Below, piece after piece: positions 26,694-35,731 of a stretch of 38,254 nucleotides of DNA; within the stretch, counting starts at the first letter, position 1; every line of letters begins with the position of its first letter. This DNA comes from a virus (lineage: Duplodnaviria; Caudoviricetes): IMG/VR virus record IMGVR_UViG_3300001749_000063, positions 1-38,254 of that record, one strand, 5' to 3'. The translations under genes were made by a program, and so were the position numbers. Below the pieces are notes generated by a model. The model saw only the letters and a list, made by a program, of their open reading frames with translations. It was not told the origin of the DNA and ran no database searches.

Positions 26694-29600
26694 CTACGCC
26701 ATTAAGTCGATTGACCACCAATCGTTATCGCTGATTGCTGATGCTTCACCAGCTAGAACAAGCCTAGCCATTTCAAGGTCGCCAATTACATCAGCGTGAC
26801 CGTGTTTAAATTGGGTGCTTGATGGCGCGGTTCGGCCATCAAGCTCGGCATACATTGTTGCTAAGTCGTATAGCTCACGGGCATATGCAATCTGTTGCTC
26901 TGTTGGGTTTAGCGTTATTTGCTTTTTAGGTTTTTCCATATCGAGCTTTTCAAAGCTGTGCAGTTCGCGCTCTTGCAGGTGGTAAACGCGGTTACCAATA
27001 ACCACAATACCGCCTTGGTTAAGGGTGCTTATTTGTGCAGGGGTAAAGTCACTGATCTTATTTTTACACGGTACTGATGTTTGCTCGTCTGCTGCTGGGG
27101 TGGCTTTTTTGGCTTCGGTGCGGGCTATTTCGTCAATAGCTAGGCGGCGCTGCTCTTGGCGCTGCGCTTTTTCGTCTAATGTGACTAAATGGCCGTCTTT
27201 TATTAGGTAAATAAGGCCGTTATTTTTAACCCGCTTACCTGCTAACAGATCCTTTTTAACGCTTGCGATCTGTTTTTTTGTAAAACCGATCATATCTAGC
27301 AATAATTCGTCTGTATGCCCTACAGCTAAAGGCGTACGATTATTCCCACTAGTCCAAGATAGGTCGGCTGCGCCGACGTTGTTAGCATCCTGCCCACCAA
27401 TAACGGTGGTGTTGTTATTAGCTGCGGTGCCTATGGTTTGCTTAGACCAGGTATGAACGCGAGTCACTAACGTGCAAAGCCCAAAGGTGTCTTCAACACC
27501 TTTTAGGGTTTTAGTAAATTCGGCGTATTGGTTGCCGTATTCGGTATGCTGGTAGGCAGGTTTAAAACGAGCATCGCGACCAATACCAAAGCCACCCATT
27601 AAAGTAACAAAGGTTTTAAAGTCGCCTTTGTCGGCGGCTTGGCGTACTTGTTCTAATTGCTCGTTGCCTTGTACCTCTTCGCGCACTCGGCGCAACTCGC
27701 GCCAAATGGTAATAGAAGGTGATTTTTGAAACTGAAATTGCCTAATGCCCCACGTGCTGGCCCATGCTTTAACCGGGTTAACCGCTTGGGTTAGCTTTTC
27801 GCCTGTTTCGGCATCGTATTCATTTGCCAGTGCAAAGCCATCTATATTTTTACTTACATACTTAGCAACATAAGCCGCTGCCCCGCCTGTTTTTTTGCCG
27901 TCTTTATCTTCTTTTGCAGGTAGCATTTTAATGGCGGTATAACGTGGGCCGCTTGGTGTGTAGTCTTTTTTAGGTTCGCGGGTATAAATACCTTTTGATT
28001 TATTTAAACCCCAAATACGGCGCGCTTTTGTATAGCGTGCGCGTAATGCTTTGCGGTTTTTAAAACGCTGAAAAAATACCTCACGGTCGTCGCGGGTAAA
28101 GTAGCGGCGTAGTATGTGGTTAACTTTGTCGTAGTAACGTGCTGGCATCCATAAAAGCATGTGCCAGTGAGTGCAACCGTCTGCATGCGGCTCGGCTACA
28201 CGAATACCAAAGTACGGTATTTCTTCGCGGTCTAATTTAGCGCGTGCTTGTGAGTAAAGTTTATTTAAATAAAGGCTGGCGTCTTTTGGGGTTGAGCCAT
28301 CCCAATTATTTGAATTTGCATGAAAACGGCTCGGCGCAGTAATGTTATAAAACCCGCCTGTGTAGCCCATTTCATCGGCTAGTTCTTCGGTTTCGCGTAT
28401 GCGTAGCATTAACTCGTTACGCATGTTTTCGGGGTTGGCAACACCTGCCTCAACCGCTTTCATTAGCGATATAACATCGCTTTGCTCGTTTACTAACTCT
28501 AGGCTTTCTAGGTAGCGCTGCCCGCGCTCGCGGTTTGTGGTGTATTCGGCAACCGCTTGTTTAGAACAGTACGCACTAATACCACGGCGTTTAGTTGTTT
28601 TTTCCCCTTTTTTATCGGTGCTGGTAAATAAATCACGGCCTACTTCGCCGGTGGCAATTTCTAAATGTTCAAGGTAGCGGCTGCGAATCGTTTTGAGCTT
28701 ACGCGCCCACCACTTATGATCTTGCGCTTTTAAAAGCGCTACTTCGGCATCGGGTACGGTTAAGTAATCGCCCTTTTCAGCAAACTGCAATTGCACAGTA
28801 AATTGTGCAGCGTATTCGTTAACGCTTGCGTGAATGTCGGTTGCATCCCACGTGGGCTGCTCTTTTGCAAGGTCGGCTATTATTTCGGCCACTTGCATTG
28901 CCAATACATTTGCATGCTTTTTGGTTTTATCGGCATTGGCTAATATGTGCCAAGGCAATGGCATAGTATCGGTAATGTGCTTAAGTATTTTTAAGCGCGG
29001 CGCTAATGTTTTTACCGTGCGGCGTAACCAACTGTTAGCTTTTTGCTGCTTACGAATTGCCGTAACAGTAACTTGTGCTTTGCTTTGTATCGTGCTGTTG
29101 CCCGTAAAGTCGTAATGTTTACGGCTAGCATTAATTAGCCGCTCGTTATACTGCGCGTTTGTTTCGTTTTGTGTTTGGCCTGCGTTTTTAAGGTTGGCGC
29201 TGTATTTATCAATAAAGCGTTTTGCTACACGCATTTGCAGTGGCTTAGGCACTTTGCTTAAACAGTCGTAAACAAAGGCGACCTCTTCTGCGTCATCAAT
29301 TGCATTAATAACCGACATAGCCGATTTAGATACCTGCTCGCCAACCTGCTGCTGTAAATGCTGGTTTGGGGCAGGTTGTGGCTTTTTTACGTGGCGTTGC
29401 TTGTTAGCAAATTCCATATTGCTGGCTGTTTGGCGCACAAAGCTGGCTTGTATGCTAGGTGCACGGCCACTTTCTACAATATCTTTAACAATGTAATTAT
29501 GAATATTATTGTTATGCACTTTTTTAAGCGCGGCTTTAGCAGCTGCACTTATTTTTAAGTTTGTTACATCAATGCGGTGTTCAATACTTTTAAGCTCATC

Positions 29601-29834
29601 ATAAAGCCAAGCGTTTGCTTTTTCGCTTGGGTTTATGGGCTCGTTTTTATACCAGGCATCACTAGGCGGGGTTATTTTAGCCATATACTGCTTAACCATT
29701 TTATATTGGCTGTACGCAGTAAAACGGCTAAGGCCGTTTATTAAAAATGCTCTATGCTCAACATCGTCAACGGCTTTAACCATGGTTAAAGCCGCTGTTA
29801 TAACGTCAAAACTTACAACGGGCCACATGCTCAT
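26694..29834 (-). CDS. Rolling-circle replication endonuclease gpA
   Basis: ITAPSRFH, EPHADGCTHWH (HUH), YVAKYVSKNIDG (two Tyr), WASTWGIRQFQF, WRELRR. Confidence 0.95.
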   Translation of the reverse strand: MSMWPVVSFDVITAALTMVKAVDDVEHRAFLINGLSRFTAYSQYKMVKQYMAKITPPSDAWYKNEPINPSEKANAWLYDELKSIEHRIDVTNLKISAAAKAALKKVHNNNIHNYIVKDIVESGRAPSIQASFVRQTASNMEFANKQRHVKKPQPAPNQHLQQQVGEQVSKSAMSVINAIDDAEEVAFVYDCLSKVPKPLQMRVAKRFIDKYSANLKNAGQTQNETNAQYNERLINASRKHYDFTGNSTIQSKAQVTVTAIRKQQKANSWLRRTVKTLAPRLKILKHITDTMPLPWHILANADKTKKHANVLAMQVAEIIADLAKEQPTWDATDIHASVNEYAAQFTVQLQFAEKGDYLTVPDAEVALLKAQDHKWWARKLKTIRSRYLEHLEIATGEVGRDLFTSTDKKGEKTTKRRGISAYCSKQAVAEYTTNRERGQRYLESLELVNEQSDVISLMKAVEAGVANPENMRNELMLRIRETEELADEMGYTGGFYNITAPSRFHANSNNWDGSTPKDASLYLNKLYSQARAKLDREEIPYFGIRVAEPHADGCTHWHMLLWMPARYYDKVNHILRRYFTRDDREVFFQRFKNRKALRARYTKARRIWGLNKSKGIYTREPKKDYTPSGPRYTAIKMLPAKEDKDGKKTGGAAAYVAKYVSKNIDGFALANEYDAETGEKLTQAVNPVKAWASTWGIRQFQFQKSPSITIWRELRRVREEVQGNEQLEQVRQAADKGDFKTFVTLMGGFGIGRDARFKPAYQHTEYGNQYAEFTKTLKGVEDTFGLCTLVTRVHTWSKQTIGTAANNNTTVIGGQDANNVGAADLSWTSGNNRTPLAVGHTDELLLDMIGFTKKQIASVKKDLLAGKRVKNNGLIYLIKDGHLVTLDEKAQRQEQRRLAIDEIARTEAKKATPAADEQTSVPCKNKISDFTPAQISTLNQGGIVVIGNRVYHLQERELHSFEKLDMEKPKKQITLNPTEQQIAYARELYDLATMYAELDGRTAPSSTQFKHGHADVIGDLEMARLVLAGEASAISDNDWWSIDLMA
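27334..27362 (-). other. Probable replication origin/nick site within gpA
   Basis: TCTTG/GACTAGTGGGAATAATCGTAC resembles the P2 ori (CCTCG/GAGTCCTGTCAATAACTG) at the equivalent place in A. Confidence 0.6.
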
Positions 29835-30383
29835 TTATGCTAGTGCCTTGTAAATGGCTGATACATATTTGGCTTGATGAATAGCATCGTCTAATGCGTT
29901 GTGTGCCGTGCCTGCAAATGGCATATCACGCTTAGGATCAAAGCCTTTAAGTGTGCGGCCTAATTCGACAACGGTTCTAACATCTCGGTCATTCCAAAAC
30001 GCCCACGGCTTTTCCCAGCTTGCCGTTTTAAATGCGGTACCAATAATTACATTGTCGAAGCTTGAACCATTCCCCCAAACAACACGGCTCTTAAAGTCTT
30101 CTATTTGTGAGATCCACTTTGTAAAACCAGATAATGCATCAAGTAAATGACAGGCACTTTTACTCGTAATCTCAGCACGCGCTTCATCGCTTTGCTTTAA
30201 CCACCAAAGCACTGTGCTTGGGTCAATTTCTCCGAATTGTGCGGCGCTTTCTAGGTCAATTTTTCTATAAAAAGTATCGCCAATTTCACCTGTGGTTGGC
30301 TCAAAAAATACCGCACCAATAGCAACAATCGCAGCGTTATTACCCTGCCCCATAGTTTCTAAATCAAGCATTACGTGGTTCAT
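29835..30383 (-). CDS. DEDDh 3'-5' exonuclease (DUF5051-like)
   Basis: MLDLET, VWGNGSSFD, RDVRT, HNALDDA. Confidence 0.9.
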   Translation of the reverse strand: MNHVMLDLETMGQGNNAAIVAIGAVFFEPTTGEIGDTFYRKIDLESAAQFGEIDPSTVLWWLKQSDEARAEITSKSACHLLDALSGFTKWISQIEDFKSRVVWGNGSSFDNVIIGTAFKTASWEKPWAFWNDRDVRTVVELGRTLKGFDPKRDMPFAGTAHNALDDAIHQAKYVSAIYKALA

Positions 30384-30396
30384 AGCTTTCTCCTTT

Positions 30397-30681
30397 TTAT
30401 AGTTCAAGTTCAATTAGGTCAAAATCACAGCCGCGTTGTACTGCGTCGAGTGTTTCGCTTAGGCGGTCGTAAATTGGCGCGTATTCAATGTGGTCAACCG
30501 CAATTAATTGCACTACTGGCATAAGGTCAGTTAGGCAGTTTTCACACTCAATAAGCATGGAAACCGTTGGGCGCTTGGCTAAATTTTTAATAGTAAAGTT
30601 GGCTTGGTCGATAGCGTGTTCAACAATGCTTTTAAGTAATTGCTGGTTTTTAGAGTGATCTTGGTCTTTGATAGGGTTCAT
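30397..30681 (-). CDS. Hypothetical protein
   Basis: 94 aa in early operon; AAGGA SD. Confidence 0.65.
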   Translation of the reverse strand: MNPIKDQDHSKNQQLLKSIVEHAIDQANFTIKNLAKRPTVSMLIECENCLTDLMPVVQLIAVDHIEYAPIYDRLSETLDAVQRGCDFDLIELEL

Positions 30682-30714
30682 TTTTAGTATTCCTTTGGGT
30701 GTTTTTTTAGGGCG

Positions 30715-31305
30715 TTAAATTACAAAAAGCTCGGGCGCTAGCGAGTAGCCTTTGCAAAATACAAAGTGGGCGTATTCGGTTGAATCGGTTTTACTTGGCT
30801 TTTGCGGGTCAAAGCCTGGGCGTTTGCTATGCACATACACCGCCGCTAATGGCAGTTTTTGCCACATGGGTTTGCGCTTTTGGCTACCTAACCAATTAAG
30901 GCGTTGCAGCATAATGACCAAACCGCCCGCACGAACAATTTTTAATGCATGCTCTGTAAACGCTTGCGCTACGTTAAACGGTGGGTTTGTGATAATTACG
31001 TCGTGATAATTTGGCGTTGGATTCGTTTTCAAAAAATCACAACCTCTAATAAGAGCACGTGAGTCTTCGCGAATATCCCAGCTATCAACAATAGTAAAGC
31101 CGTGCTTTTCTAATACGGTTGGGTAGCTCATTGGATATTGCTCACACCCGCCCGCACTTGGGTCGAGTATTCTTGGGTATGCTTGTTCGTCAAAGTTAAA
31201 GCGGCAATTTTCGCTAAATGCTGCTAAAAAATCCTCAATTAGCCAATGCGGTGTTACGTAGTAATCATCTGCATTGCGCTGGGTTCCGCGATTAGTTGAG
31301 CTCAT
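30715..31305 (-). CDS. Orphan amino (N6A/N4C) DNA methyltransferase
   Basis: DYYVTP, ILDPSAGG (SAM binding), IITNPPF. Confidence 0.88.
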   Translation of the reverse strand: MSSTNRGTQRNADDYYVTPHWLIEDFLAAFSENCRFNFDEQAYPRILDPSAGGCEQYPMSYPTVLEKHGFTIVDSWDIREDSRALIRGCDFLKTNPTPNYHDVIITNPPFNVAQAFTEHALKIVRAGGLVIMLQRLNWLGSQKRKPMWQKLPLAAVYVHSKRPGFDPQKPSKTDSTEYAHFVFCKGYSLAPELFVI

Positions 31306-31314
31306 GATCAATCC

Positions 31315-31710
31315 TTAGTGTGAACTAACGGTTAAGTGTGAATAGTCGGTGCTGGTATTTTCACGCGGGGCGTTTTGCAAAAACTTAGCCGGTGCCATGG
31401 CGTTGGCATCGGTGAATGCTTTAACCAGTTCTTGTAACTGCAAAATGGCTTTGTGAATTTTTAAGCGAGTATCGGCGTTAAAATTGGCAAAGCCTTTTTC
31501 AAGATCATGGCGTTTTAGGCCTGCAGCAAAACACACTATTGTTCGCTCTTGCTCGCTCAACACTTTAGTATATACGTACTCTGGTGTGTGGCGTTCGCTA
31601 CCCATTAATGCTTTTATTTCAGCAAGGCCTTTTGGTATGTGGCGCCCTTCTACTGCTTTTAATGGTGCTGGTTGTGCGTTATTGGTGTGTTTAACAAGTG
31701 CATTAGCCAT
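31315..31710 (-). CDS. Hypothetical early protein
   Basis: LSEQERTIVCFAAGL motif recalled from P2-like early genes. Confidence 0.65.
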   Translation of the reverse strand: MANALVKHTNNAQPAPLKAVEGRHIPKGLAEIKALMGSERHTPEYVYTKVLSEQERTIVCFAAGLKRHDLEKGFANFNADTRLKIHKAILQLQELVKAFTDANAMAPAKFLQNAPRENTSTDYSHLTVSSH

Positions 31711-31712
31711 GG

Positions 31713-31985
31713 TTATACCCCTTGTGCTTGTTGCTGCGGTTTAGATAAAGCTTGTGTTTTTAACCAGTACACGGCTTTTTGTATGGTTTGGTTTTCGTTG
31801 CCGTGGCAGTAAATAGGTAATGGCAACTCGCCAACAACGGCTTGTAAGCACGGTTCAAATTCAACTGATTTACAATTAACGGCTTCTTTGGTGCTTATTT
31901 GGCACGTAAGTAAATACTCAGCTTTGGCGGCTAAGTTAGGTAATGCGTTATACGTGGCTTGGTTAAATATTTTGTATGTGCTCAT
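31713..31985 (-). CDS. Hypothetical protein
   Basis: 90 aa, GGAG SD, operon context. Confidence 0.65.
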   Translation of the reverse strand: MSTYKIFNQATYNALPNLAAKAEYLLTCQISTKEAVNCKSVEFEPCLQAVVGELPLPIYCHGNENQTIQKAVYWLKTQALSKPQQQAQGV

Positions 31986-31996
31986 TGCCTTTGCTC

Positions 31997-32290
31997 CTAG
32001 TTATTAACTTGCTGTTGGTAGCTTTTTCTAAACGCGATTAGCTCGTTAATGCGGTAGTAGTTGGTTTTGCCAAACTGCACTGGTTTTGGGAAGTCTTCGC
32101 GCTTGGCAAGTTTCCACATTTTTGCACGGCCACACCCAAGCACTTCGCAGGCTTCGTCGGTTTTTACTAGGCGGTCTTTTTGCTCTTCTAGCTCAGCGCG
32201 TAGCTGGTTGTTTTCTTGTAGTAGTGCAAACAACACCGCTTTTGCGTCTGGGTGAATATCTAGCAAGATTATTTGTTGTTCAGTGCTCAT
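31997..32290 (-). CDS. AlpA-family HTH protein, probable excisionase/RDF
   Basis: LVKTDEACEVLGCGRAKMWKL...DFPKPVQFG. Confidence 0.8.
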   Translation of the reverse strand: MSTEQQIILLDIHPDAKAVLFALLQENNQLRAELEEQKDRLVKTDEACEVLGCGRAKMWKLAKREDFPKPVQFGKTNYYRINELIAFRKSYQQQVNN

Positions 32291-32309
32291 GTGTTGCTCC
32301 CTGCTTTAA

Positions 32310-32771
32310 TTAAATTAACTGACATGATTGTTTGCCTTTCGGCGCAGCTATTTTCACTACTTTTATGCCTTGGCTCATTGCGTAGCGGCATACCTGGGCG
32401 TTGTCGTCTACCCATAGGTTTATTTGCTGTGCAAATTCGTCAATAAACGCTTTTTTGTATTCAAACGGGCTTAACTCGTCATCGGCTTGGCGTTCAATAA
32501 CACCGTATGGCACTAAACTGTGCTTTTTACACCAATCAGCTGTACCAAATTGTGAGCTGGTTAAAATAATTGGTTGATATGCGCTGTTGAACAATGCAAT
32601 ACCTTGTTCTATTGGTAAGCCATGTTCGTTAGCGTCACGTTGCCAGTTGTGCCAATTTTTATTTATGCGTGATGCATTACCACGCGGCGCTAAAAAGTTG
32701 CTTTTGGTTACATCTCTTAGCGTGCCGTCTAAATCAAACACGTTCATACTGGTCATGTTTTGCAAGTTCAT
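32310..32771 (-). CDS. HAD-superfamily phosphatase (PNKP phosphatase-like)
   Basis: FDLDGTL, ILTS, K, WVDD motifs. Confidence 0.8.
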   Translation of the reverse strand: MNLQNMTSMNVFDLDGTLRDVTKSNFLAPRGNASRINKNWHNWQRDANEHGLPIEQGIALFNSAYQPIILTSSQFGTADWCKKHSLVPYGVIERQADDELSPFEYKKAFIDEFAQQINLWVDDNAQVCRYAMSQGIKVVKIAAPKGKQSCQLI

Positions 32772-33160
32772 GCTGCATCGTCCTTACCTAATTTATGTAA
32801 AATCCCTCTCTGTTTTGGTATGTTGCAAGTGCGAATATTCACAAACCAAAACAAAGAGGAAAAACTCATGTCAAACCCAATCTTGAGCGACTGCATAAAA
32901 GCGCTAACAAGCCGCGAGACTCCCATTAAAGGAATTGATGACGCACTTGAAGAGTCAAAAGCAAAAAGCTTATTTAAAGCGCTCCACAAAAAAGGCTTTG
33001 CCTTTGATGAAGATGAAGTGCTCGCGCTGGCTATCGAAAACAACTGGCCTGAAAAACACGCCAAAAAACTAGCGAAACTGGCACAACATATTGGTGATGG
33101 TGGCCGCGTTGTTATTAAGCGCCCAATAAATTGGGGGGAAACCGCCGCAGAAAAAATCAT
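32768..33160 (-). CDS. Operon-coupled ORF antisense to the DUF1889-like gene
   Basis: ATGA overlaps with both flanking minus-strand genes; no recognised domain. Confidence 0.45.
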   Translation of the reverse strand: MIFSAAVSPQFIGRLITTRPPSPICCASFASFLACFSGQLFSIASASTSSSSKAKPFLWSALNKLFAFDSSSASSIPLMGVSRLVSAFMQSLKIGFDMSFSSLFWFVNIRTCNIPKQRGILHKLGKDDAA

Positions 33161-33182
33161 ACGTAATCACCGGGGTAATTAA
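32868..33182 (+). CDS. DUF1889/YoaC-like protein
   Basis: ESKAKSLFKAL...NW...GGRVVIK pattern recalled from YoaC; GAGGA SD and TGGTATGTT extended -10 upstream. Confidence 0.7.
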   Translation: MSNPILSDCIKALTSRETPIKGIDDALEESKAKSLFKALHKKGFAFDEDEVLALAIENNWPEKHAKKLAKLAQHIGDGGRVVIKRPINWGETAAEKIIRNHRGN

Positions 33183-33585
33183 GATCCCATTTTGAATCGT
33201 GCCAACTAACGGCTAAATCAGCCATTTGTATTGGCGAGTATTTTAAGTGGAACGCCTCACCATTGGCGTTTAGCAGCGCTTTAAACTCTACAGCTGCTAG
33301 CGCCGTTTGCTCTGCTATTGTTAACTCACTGGCAGGCTTTAAGCTCAGCTCGTTTGGTATGTCAGATGCCAACCACTCTTCTATAAAGCCAAGTAAATGC
33401 TTTAAAAATCCATCAATACCGCCAAAACGTGCAGCGTATTCAGGGTCATGCATTGCGTTCCAATACTCAGTAACGGCTTGGCAAAGCTTATCGGTAAGCG
33501 TAAACGCGTCGAATTGGCGCAGCATGTCTGTAAGGACACTAATGTCCATTACATCAATTGGGTCTACTTCAATTTCAGTGCTCAT
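33157..33585 (-). CDS. Hypothetical protein after cro
   Basis: 142 aa, ATGA-coupled to cro. Confidence 0.7.
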   Translation of the reverse strand: MSTEIEVDPIDVMDISVLTDMLRQFDAFTLTDKLCQAVTEYWNAMHDPEYAARFGGIDGFLKHLLGFIEEWLASDIPNELSLKPASELTIAEQTALAAVEFKALLNANGEAFHLKYSPIQMADLAVSWHDSKWDLNYPGDYV

Positions 33586-33800
33586 GCTGCATCTTCCTTT
33601 TTGCTTTTTTGGTGATCGGCGAGTAAATCGTTTACCGATACTTCGCCGTTTGTTAGTTCTGAAATACGCGGGATGTATTTCGCTGGGGCTTGGCCGTGGC
33701 GGTTAATCCAGTAAAAAACCGCTGTTTGGGTAGTCCCTAAACATTTTGCTAATTTTGTTTGCCCACCAATTAGGCAAACTGCTTTTTCAATGGCAGACAT
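33582..33800 (-). CDS. cro: Cro-like repressor (YdaS family)
   Basis: GGQTKLA...TQTAVFYW...TNGEVSVNDL; divergent from cI. Confidence 0.85.
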   Translation of the reverse strand: MSAIEKAVCLIGGQTKLAKCLGTTQTAVFYWINRHGQAPAKYIPRISELTNGEVSVNDLLADHQKSKKEDAA

Positions 33801-33817
33801 AAAAAACCTCTTAAAAT

Positions 33818-33960
33818 ATAACTTTTACTTATCCTATGATCCAATAATGTTATTGTCAACTCAATTTAAAACATTATGTTATTAAAATATAAGTTTTGCT
33901 TATTTGACTGAGATAACATAAAGCTGTGATAATCTTCCGAACATAATCACTTAAAGTTAT
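33818..33960. promoter_or_regulatory. Lysis/lysogeny switch: leftward TTGACA-17-TAGGAT, rightward TTGACT-18-GATAAT, with ATAAC-W5-GTTAT-like operators
   Basis: Promoters at 33859-33831 (minus) and 33904-33933 (plus); six related 15-mers. Confidence 0.7.
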
Positions 33961-33983
33961 AAAAATAAATAAAGGGAATTTAT

Positions 33984-34604
33984 ATGGATATCGCAGATAG
34001 AGTTAAAAAACGTCGTAAAGAGCTAGGACTTACTCAATACGAACTCGCTGATTTAGTGGGGATTGCTCAAACAGCAATACAGAGACTAGAAAAAGGTGGA
34101 ACTAAAAACCCGCGTAATATTGAAGCTTTAGCCCGTGCATTGCAGTGCACTCCCGAGTATTTACGCTTTGGAATTAGTGACAACATAAATAGCAACGTTG
34201 CACCAGGCCCAACACTTAAAGCGGCTGTGCCGTTAATTAGCTGGGTGCAAGCGGGTGCTTGGTCAGAGATTAATGAAATACGTGAATTTGATGCCGACCG
34301 CTATCTATGCCCAGTTAAGTGCAGTGATAAAACCTTTGCACTAAAAGTCCAAGGCGTGAGCATGGAACCGAAGTTTTATGACGGTGATTTAATATTTGTA
34401 GATCCTGAAGCTGAATGCATACATGGTTCGTACGTAGTAGCGCGCCTAGACGATAATAACGAAGCGACCTTTAAACAGCTAATTATTGAAAGCGGCCACA
34501 AATTTTTAAAAGCCGCCAACCCCAACTGGCCTGAGCAATTAATCCCAATCAATGGCAATTGTACGCTGGTTGGCAAAGTGGTGTTTGCGGGTAAGTCGCT
34601 TTAA
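33984..34604 (+). CDS. cI: CI repressor, HTH plus S24 autoprotease
   Basis: XRE HTH; VQAG cleavage site; GVSM serine and TFK lysine. Confidence 0.93.
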   Translation: MDIADRVKKRRKELGLTQYELADLVGIAQTAIQRLEKGGTKNPRNIEALARALQCTPEYLRFGISDNINSNVAPGPTLKAAVPLISWVQAGAWSEINEIREFDADRYLCPVKCSDKTFALKVQGVSMEPKFYDGDLIFVDPEAECIHGSYVVARLDDNNEATFKQLIIESGHKFLKAANPNWPEQLIPINGNCTLVGKVVFAGKSL

Positions 34605-34613
34605 TTAAACACC

Positions 34614-34650
34614 AGGCACAAAAAAGCCCGCGTTATGCGGGCTTAGTTTT
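34614..34650. terminator. Bidirectional terminator, copy 1
   Basis: AAGCCCGC-GTTAT-GCGGGCTT. Confidence 0.85.
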
Positions 34651-34659
34651 ATTTGTTTA

Positions 34660-35283
34660 TTAAATCCATTTCTTTAATTTTAGCAGTATTACTGCTGACT
34701 CTGAAAGTGGCTGGTTTGCCGTTAATTGCTGATCGCCACCTAAATAGAATTCATCAAGCTCGGCGGTCAATTCATTAGCATATGGCTTTAAGTCATCCAT
34801 TTTTTTAATGTTATTCATAATTTTTGGCGAAAGCGTTTTCTCTGTCCAGAAATGCGCTAGAACGTTGGCAGAAATAGCCAACCTTTGATCGCTTGTATAG
34901 CTAGCCCAATTTTTCCCATTCATTTCTCCATAGCTTAATTTAATATCATGGGCGTACCATTCTTTTTTACTTTTCTCTTTTTGCTCTACTGCTATTGGTT
35001 TTGTTGTTGACTCAGAGCCACTACCACCGCCAATTGCCGCGGCAATAATAATTAAAACTAACCCAAATATATTCGCTCCTTTTTGGGTTATTTCTGCATG
35101 AGTCACGCCCTTTTCTTCAGACGATTTTTTATTCGCTGCATTAATTTTATTTAAGATTGGTGGTATTAAACAACCAATAGCGAAAAAGCATATAATACCC
35201 GCTAGCACTTCACCATTATCAAAATGCATTCCTACACCAGCAATTGCTAGCACCCCTAGTATCCAACCAATTACTTTAACCAT
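34660..35283 (-). CDS. Accessory membrane protein (3 predicted TM plus soluble C-terminal domain)
   Basis: Hydrophobic segments near aa 3-19, 26-43 and 71-84. Confidence 0.75.
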   Translation of the reverse strand: MVKVIGWILGVLAIAGVGMHFDNGEVLAGIICFFAIGCLIPPILNKINAANKKSSEEKGVTHAEITQKGANIFGLVLIIIAAAIGGGSGSESTTKPIAVEQKEKSKKEWYAHDIKLSYGEMNGKNWASYTSDQRLAISANVLAHFWTEKTLSPKIMNNIKKMDDLKPYANELTAELDEFYLGGDQQLTANQPLSESAVILLKLKKWI

Positions 35284-35351
35284 GCCTTATCCTTATATTT
35301 TCCATAATGTTGCAAAGACACAGATTAAGTTTTCATTCAGGTTTTAACAAC

Positions 35352-35380
35352 CTGTGTATTTATACAGTCAATGCTATACT
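35352..35380 (+). promoter_or_regulatory. LexA box CTGTGTATTTATACAG (35352-35367) before extended -10 TGCTATACT
   Basis: Exact CTGT-N8-ACAG match. Confidence 0.8.
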
Positions 35381-35416
35381 GCGGTGAAGAAAATAGATTG
35401 ATTGGGCAGGTTAAGC

Positions 35417-35731
35417 GTGGGTAAACAACATAATTATTTAGCGGTGCATGCTGATCATGCCGCGCCTTTTTTAAATAAAATAACTAACGGGGCTATTTGC
35501 CCTGTGTGCAAAACAGGTGAGCTTAAATTTTTGGGTAATGAAAACGAGTTAATTGGTGTGCATGAGCTGCCGATTGATTGCTTTACTGCTAGCTATAAAA
35601 TCGACACCGCTAACGTGCCTGTTTTTACGCTTGTTTGCTCTGAGTGCTTTATTCACCAAACCGTAAACGCTAGGCTATTTTTAAATGTTTTGCATGATAA
35701 TGCTGATTTTAGGCACAAAAAAGCCCGCTAG
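35417..35731 (+). CDS. Zinc-ribbon protein (CPVC...CSEC)
   Basis: Two CxxC pairs; GTG start with AGGT SD (TTG at 35402 is an alternative). Confidence 0.7.
   Translation: MGKQHNYLAVHADHAAPFLNKITNGAICPVCKTGELKFLGNENELIGVHELPIDCFTASYKIDTANVPVFTLVCSECFIHQTVNARLFLNVLHDNADFRHKKAR

Noticed and set aside
30715-31305. Restriction-modification system
   Set aside because: No adjacent endonuclease; orphan methyltransferases are common in phage early regions
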